This document shows, one piece after another, positions 59,788 through 64,000 of a stretch of DNA of 64,000 bases. The position numbers and the translations under genes are program-made. The notes beneath the pieces are model-generated. The model was not told the origin of the DNA. It ran no database searches and saw nothing but the letters and a program-made list of their open reading frames with translations. Position 1 is the first letter of the stretch; the number at the start of each line of letters is the position of its first letter. The DNA is from Paraliomyxa miuraensis (GTDB lineage Bacteria; Myxococcota_A; Polyangia; Nannocystales; Nannocystaceae), in NCBI RefSeq assembly GCF_026337845.1, contig NZ_JAOVZF010000146.1:57015-121014 (forward strand), in the 5' to 3' direction.

Positions 59788-60510
59788 ATGCCCGATGCGC
59801 GCGGAAGCTCGCCTTCGCCCTGGACCGTGGTGGGCGAGCCCACCATCGAAGAGACCAACGAGCACATGTGGATCGTCCGCGGACACGTGCCCCGGATGCC
59901 GCTGGGGCGCTACATGGTGGTCGTTCGCATGGAGGACGGCCGCTTGCTCGTCCACAACGCGGTGGCGCTGCCCGAGGCCGACATGAAGCGCCTCGAGGAC
60001 TGGGGCGAGGTGGCCTACCTCGTGGTGCCCAACGGCTTCCATCGCATGGATGCCAAGGCATTCGCCGACCGCTACCCCAACGCCAAGGTGGTCGCTCCGG
60101 TCGGGGCCCGGCCCAAGGTCGAGGAGGTCGTCCCGGTCGATCTCACCTACGATCGCTTCGAGGGCGACGGCGTGGTCTCGCTGCGGCACGCCGCGGGCAT
60201 CGACGAGAAGGAAGGCGTGATGACGGTGACCGCCGAGGACGGCAAGACCATGGTGTTCACCGATCTATTGTTCAACGTGCCGCACCAGCGGGGCCTGATG
60301 GGGCTGGTGATCCGCCTGATGGGCTCCACCGGCGGGCCCAAGGTCACGTGGCTGTTTCGCAAGGTGGCGCTGCGCGACAAGGAGGCGCTGCGAGGCTTCA
60401 TGCAGCAGCTCTCGGGCACCGAGGGGCTCGTGCGCCTGGTCCCCGGCCACGGCGTGGTGATCGACGAGGCTGCGAGCCAGACCCTGGCCGCGGTGGCGGA
60501 GCGGCTCTAG
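59788..60510 (+). CDS. DUF4336-like / metallo-hydrolase-like protein (hypothetical)
   Basis: 241 aa from MPDARGSS..., with high GC3. Pattern is similar to the DUF4336 family. Confidence 0.5.
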   Translation: MPDARGSSPSPWTVVGEPTIEETNEHMWIVRGHVPRMPLGRYMVVVRMEDGRLLVHNAVALPEADMKRLEDWGEVAYLVVPNGFHRMDAKAFADRYPNAKVVAPVGARPKVEEVVPVDLTYDRFEGDGVVSLRHAAGIDEKEGVMTVTAEDGKTMVFTDLLFNVPHQRGLMGLVIRLMGSTGGPKVTWLFRKVALRDKEALRGFMQQLSGTEGLVRLVPGHGVVIDEAASQTLAAVAERL

Positions 60511-60541
60511 ACCCGAGCCGCCTGGCGAGCGCGGCGAGGCT

Positions 60542-61114
60542 TTGGCAAAGTCATCCGACATGGGCAATCCGATCGCCGCCAGCACTCAGGACTTCCTCGC
60601 CGGGCTCAACGTCACGGTCCGCGAGACGGCCGAGGAGTCGGTGAGCAACAACTCGCTGCGCGTGTCGGGCATGCAGCTGACGCTCGAGGAGGAGCTCAAC
60701 CTGGCCAAGGCGGTCCTGCTCATCGCGTCGGCCGACGGCCTGTCCAAGCAGGAGCGCGGCGCGCTGCAGTTCCTGATGATCATGTCGGGCATCCCCAACC
60801 AGATCCAGCGCAGCGTGCTCGACTTCGATCCCGAGGGCGTCACCCTCGACCACGTGAGCGAGCTGTTCGAGCGGGGCAGCCGCAAGGCGGCCTACGTGCT
60901 CTCGGGGGCCACCACCGTGGCCTCGTTCGACGGTCTGTCGGTGCTCGAGCGAGAGCAGGCGCGGGAGCTCGGCGAGCAGCTGGGCCTGTCCAAGTCGTTG
61001 GTCACCGCGCTCATCGACAACGCCTGCGAGCTGGGGGCCGCGATGGCCGGCGGCGACCGGACCGAGGTGGAGGCGCTGGAGAAGGCGCGACAGCTGCTCC
61101 TGACCTCCGCCTGA
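60542..61114 (+). CDS. TerB-like domain protein (hypothetical)
   Basis: Two helical repeats with an AKAVLLIASADG...E motif reminiscent of TerB / DjlA N-terminal domains. Confidence 0.45.
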   Translation: MAKSSDMGNPIAASTQDFLAGLNVTVRETAEESVSNNSLRVSGMQLTLEEELNLAKAVLLIASADGLSKQERGALQFLMIMSGIPNQIQRSVLDFDPEGVTLDHVSELFERGSRKAAYVLSGATTVASFDGLSVLEREQARELGEQLGLSKSLVTALIDNACELGAAMAGGDRTEVEALEKARQLLLTSA

Positions 61115-61201
61115 GCCCCCACGCGAGCGGTCGACCGGGTGCCCTGCGCGCGCTTGTCCCCGCACGGGCCCCGCGCGTAGAGTACGAGGTGCTCGGTCGC
61201 C

Positions 61202-63358
61202 ATGATGACGCTCCTTCGGTCCCGCTGGTCATTGCTGCTCGCCGCCATCCCGACGCTCGGGTGTGGCAGCGACAACCTGCTCAGCCACGAGTACGGCAAT
61301 CCCGATGCCACCACGACCTACGGGCAGGACGACGGCCCGCAGGGGGGCACGGCCGCCACCGGGGACACCGGGGTCGAGACCACCGACACGCCGTTCTGCG
61401 AGAAGGTCGACTGCGGCGAGGGAGGTACCTGCAACGAGGCCGAGCAGACCTGCGATTGCAGCGAGGGCTACGTCTACGATCCCATGGCTCAGACCTGCGT
61501 GGTCGATGCGTGCGCGGGGGTCGAGTGTGGCTTTGGCGAGCTGTGCGAGGGCGCCGATGGCTCGTGTCAGGCCGCGTGCTCGCCCGACCGCACGGTGGGC
61601 GACTTCGAGTTCTGCGCGCAGAAGACCAGCACCGCGGTGGGGATCATCGTGCGCTATCAAGGCGCGGGCTCGCTCGACCTGGGGGCCAGCACCATTCGTC
61701 TCAACGACGACGAGCTGCCGGCCGAGGCCGTGGAGGTCGATCCGGGCTCGGGCGACATGGCGATCTCGGCCACGGGTCTGGCGCCGAGCAAGTACAGCTT
61801 CTTGCTGCGCATGCGCACCGACGGCGGTCAGGACGTGCGCCCGCTGTTCGTGCCGCAGTGGCTGGGGCAGGGCATGCGCTACGCCGACTTCTCGTGGAAG
61901 GACGGGATCATGTACCAGATCATGACCGACCGCTTCCTGAACGGGGATCCATCGAACGACATCGACAACTCGCAGGGCACGCTGGCCGAGGTCAACGACG
62001 TGCGGAGCCAGTGGCAGGGCGGTGACTTCCGCGGGATCATCCAGAAGATCGAGGACGGCTACTTCGAGGACATGGGCATCAACGCGCTGTGGATCAGCTC
62101 GCCGCTGCTCAACTCGCACAACTCGCAGCCCGCGGTGGGCCTGGGCGACGACCGTCGCTTCTCCAGCTATCACTCGTACCACCCCATCGTCACCGGCTAC
62201 ACGCACCTCGACGACTTCGGCTACGAGAACCCGATCGAGACCGCGTTCGGCACCCCCGCGGAGCTGCACGAGCTGGTCCGCAAGGCTCATGCGCGTGGGA
62301 TCCGGGTGGTCCCGGACTTCGTGACCAACCACGTGCAGAGCGAGGCCCAGATCTACGCCGACCACCCCGAGTGGTTCTTCACCTACAACCCCTGCGACGG
62401 CAACTGGGACGCGCACCGCATCGATTGCTGGTTCACCACCCAGATGCCCGACTTCGACTACGGCGGCAATCCGCAGGCGATCCAGACGGTGGTCGATCAC
62501 GCGCTGTGGATGATCCAGGAGTTCAACTTCGACGGCTTTCGGGCCGACGCGCTCAAGCACATGGACGATGCGTTCGTGCGGGCGCTCAAGACCGCGGTGG
62601 TCGCCGAGATCGAGACCACGGTGGAGAACCACGATCTGTCCGAGGAAGCCACCGTGTTCTACATGGTGGGCGAGTCGCTCGGCGGCTGGGCGCGCTACCA
62701 CGTGCGCGCCGACATGGTGCAGGGGCAGGTCGACGAGGACTACTATCAGCGCACCAAGAATTCGCTGCTCACCTACAGCCAGAGCGTGCAGGACCTGGCG
62801 AATTTCGCGATCCCCAACGACACCGCCTATCTCACTCCGCAGCCCACGGTGGCGGGCGGGGTGGGGGGATACGCCGGAGCGATCATGGGCAACTTCTTCG
62901 GCAACCACGACCAGGTACGGGCGCTGACCGAGGCCGGCGGCGCTCACAATCGCCTGCGGCTGGCGCAGACGTTCCTGTTCACCTCGCCGAGCAACATCCC
63001 CATGCTCTACCAGGGTGACGACATCGGAACCTTCGGCGGGCAGGATCCCGACAACCGTGCCATGCACCGGTTCACGGGGCTGTCCGGGGACGAGCAGGAC
63101 TCGCTGGAGAACGCCCGCATGGTGGGCCTGCTGCGCGAGGAGCATCCGGCGCTGCGCCGTGGCACGCGGCAGACCGAGTACGTCGAGCCCTACTTCTGGG
63201 TGTATCGAGTCGAGCATCAGGGCGACGTGGTCTACGTGGCGATCAACCGCGACAGCGACAAGTCGTGGGAGCCGCCCGGGGGCTACGTGGACGCCCTGGG
63301 GAACTGCTCCGGGGGCACCGTGCCGTCGGAGCGCAGCTGCGTGTTCGTGGAGCAGTAG
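61202..63358 (+). CDS. GH13 alpha-amylase-family lipoprotein with an N-terminal Cys-rich (EGF-like) region
   Basis: Lipobox (IPTLGC). GH13 regions DFVTNH, GFRADALKH, catalytic Glu region (YMVGE) and FFGNHD. Confidence 0.8.
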   Translation: MMTLLRSRWSLLLAAIPTLGCGSDNLLSHEYGNPDATTTYGQDDGPQGGTAATGDTGVETTDTPFCEKVDCGEGGTCNEAEQTCDCSEGYVYDPMAQTCVVDACAGVECGFGELCEGADGSCQAACSPDRTVGDFEFCAQKTSTAVGIIVRYQGAGSLDLGASTIRLNDDELPAEAVEVDPGSGDMAISATGLAPSKYSFLLRMRTDGGQDVRPLFVPQWLGQGMRYADFSWKDGIMYQIMTDRFLNGDPSNDIDNSQGTLAEVNDVRSQWQGGDFRGIIQKIEDGYFEDMGINALWISSPLLNSHNSQPAVGLGDDRRFSSYHSYHPIVTGYTHLDDFGYENPIETAFGTPAELHELVRKAHARGIRVVPDFVTNHVQSEAQIYADHPEWFFTYNPCDGNWDAHRIDCWFTTQMPDFDYGGNPQAIQTVVDHALWMIQEFNFDGFRADALKHMDDAFVRALKTAVVAEIETTVENHDLSEEATVFYMVGESLGGWARYHVRADMVQGQVDEDYYQRTKNSLLTYSQSVQDLANFAIPNDTAYLTPQPTVAGGVGGYAGAIMGNFFGNHDQVRALTEAGGAHNRLRLAQTFLFTSPSNIPMLYQGDDIGTFGGQDPDNRAMHRFTGLSGDEQDSLENARMVGLLREEHPALRRGTRQTEYVEPYFWVYRVEHQGDVVYVAINRDSDKSWEPPGGYVDALGNCSGGTVPSERSCVFVEQ

Positions 63359-63405
63359 GGCCCGGCTTGGCCGGGCGTCCCACGAGTGGGATCTGCAAGT
63401 GACGA

Positions 63406-64000
63406 TCAGCTATCCGTGGTGAGCCGAGCCCACGCGCGTTCCATGTCCTCGGGCACGGGTGCCGAGAAGCAAAGGCGTCGACCGTCGCGGTGGTCGAGCT
63501 CGAGGCGCGCCGCATGCAGCAGGGGCCGCGCCTGCTCCGGCCACGTGGATCGGCGTGGGGGCCCGTAGACGCCGTCGTAGTAGAGCGGGTGTCCCACCGC
63601 GGCCAGGTGCGCGCGGATCTGGTGCTTGCGTCCCGTGTGCAGGGTGATCGCCAGGCGGCAGGCGTGGTCGGTGCTCACGAGTACGCGCCAGTCGGTGCGC
63701 GACGGTCTGCCGCCCTCGCCCACGACCACCGGCCTGTCGGCGGGGGTATGGATCGGCAGCTCGATCGAGCCCTCGCCCTCCATGCAGCCGTGCACGACGG
63801 CCACGTAGTGCTTGTTGGTGGTGCGCGCGGCGAACTGTCGCGTGTAGAAGTCGATGAGCGTCCGTCGCTTGGCCAGCGCCACCACCCCGCTGGTGGTGCG
63901 GTCGAGCCGATGTAGCACCGAGGGCTCGACGCCGGGGTCGGGTCGCTCGACCGCGTAGTGGTGCTGGAGTCGTCGCAGCAGGTTGCGGTACTGGCACGTC
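63406..64000 (-). CDS. RluA-family pseudouridine synthase, C-terminal part (N-terminus beyond the window end)
   Basis: HRLDRTTSGVV catalytic-Asp motif. The frame stays open to position 64000. Confidence 0.75.
   Translation of the reverse strand, partial: TCQYRNLLRRLQHHYAVERPDPGVEPSVLHRLDRTTSGVVALAKRRTLIDFYTRQFAARTTNKHYVAVVHGCMEGEGSIELPIHTPADRPVVVGEGGRPSRTDWRVLVSTDHACRLAITLHTGRKHQIRAHLAAVGHPLYYDGVYGPPRRSTWPEQARPLLHAARLELDHRDGRRLCFSAPVPEDMERAWARLTTDS

Noticed and set aside
58193-59986. 597-aa plus-strand and 541-aa minus-strand ORFs across the rSAM/SPASM locus
   Set aside because: Shadow frames. The true gene (CDHACDHC, SPASM) is in the 58451-60061 frame from the internal ATG at 59707.
61229-63217. 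662-aa minus-strand ORF
   Set aside because: Antisense to the GH13 alpha-amylase gene, whose plus-strand frame carries all the catalytic regions.

Overview
This is a 64-kb chromosomal window of about 70% GC that is almost certainly from a myxobacterium (Myxococcota). The evidence for that is a MYXO-CTERM sorting tail on a zinc metalloprotease, three proteins built from the Myxococcus cysteine-rich repeat, and many lipobox lipoproteins. I call about 58 CDS, two tRNAs (Ser-GCT on the minus strand, Arg-ACG on the plus strand), a sigma-54 promoter, an ArsR operator/promoter, two intrinsic terminators and a pseudogene fragment. I found no transposase, integrase or CRISPR array. The most interesting locus is 1886-7719 (possibly to 9912). 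It holds an NHLP-like 117-aa precursor ORF ending in a Gly-Gly motif and a cysteine-free 19-aa tail, translationally coupled to a radical-SAM/SPASM enzyme. A B12-binding radical-SAM enzyme and a NodU/CmcH-type carbamoyltransferase are transcribed divergently from it. I do not know this enzyme combination from any described RiPP class. Other modules worth a second look are listed in the findings. They include an rtcR/sigma-54-controlled rtcB2-prfH ribosome-repair operon with an extra unknown ORF, a RelA/SpoT-domain (toxSAS/CapRel-like) protein with a downstream partner ORF, a ThiS/MoaD-like GG protein next to a BNR propeller, an orphan rSAM/SPASM enzyme beside a ParE/RelE toxin-antitoxin pair, two paralogous zinc-ribbon lipoprotein genes that start with the same 14 residues and flank a histidine-kinase locus as a direct repeat, and a duplicated SGNH-hydrolase 3' fragment bracketing an oxidoreductase gene. 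Many long GC-rich ORFs in the six-frame track are antisense or out-of-frame shadows of these genes and were rejected. Several gene starts were moved to internal ATG/GTG codons on the basis of signal peptides and domain boundaries. Coordinates I derived by counting bases (tRNAs, promoters, terminators) may be off by 1-2 nt.
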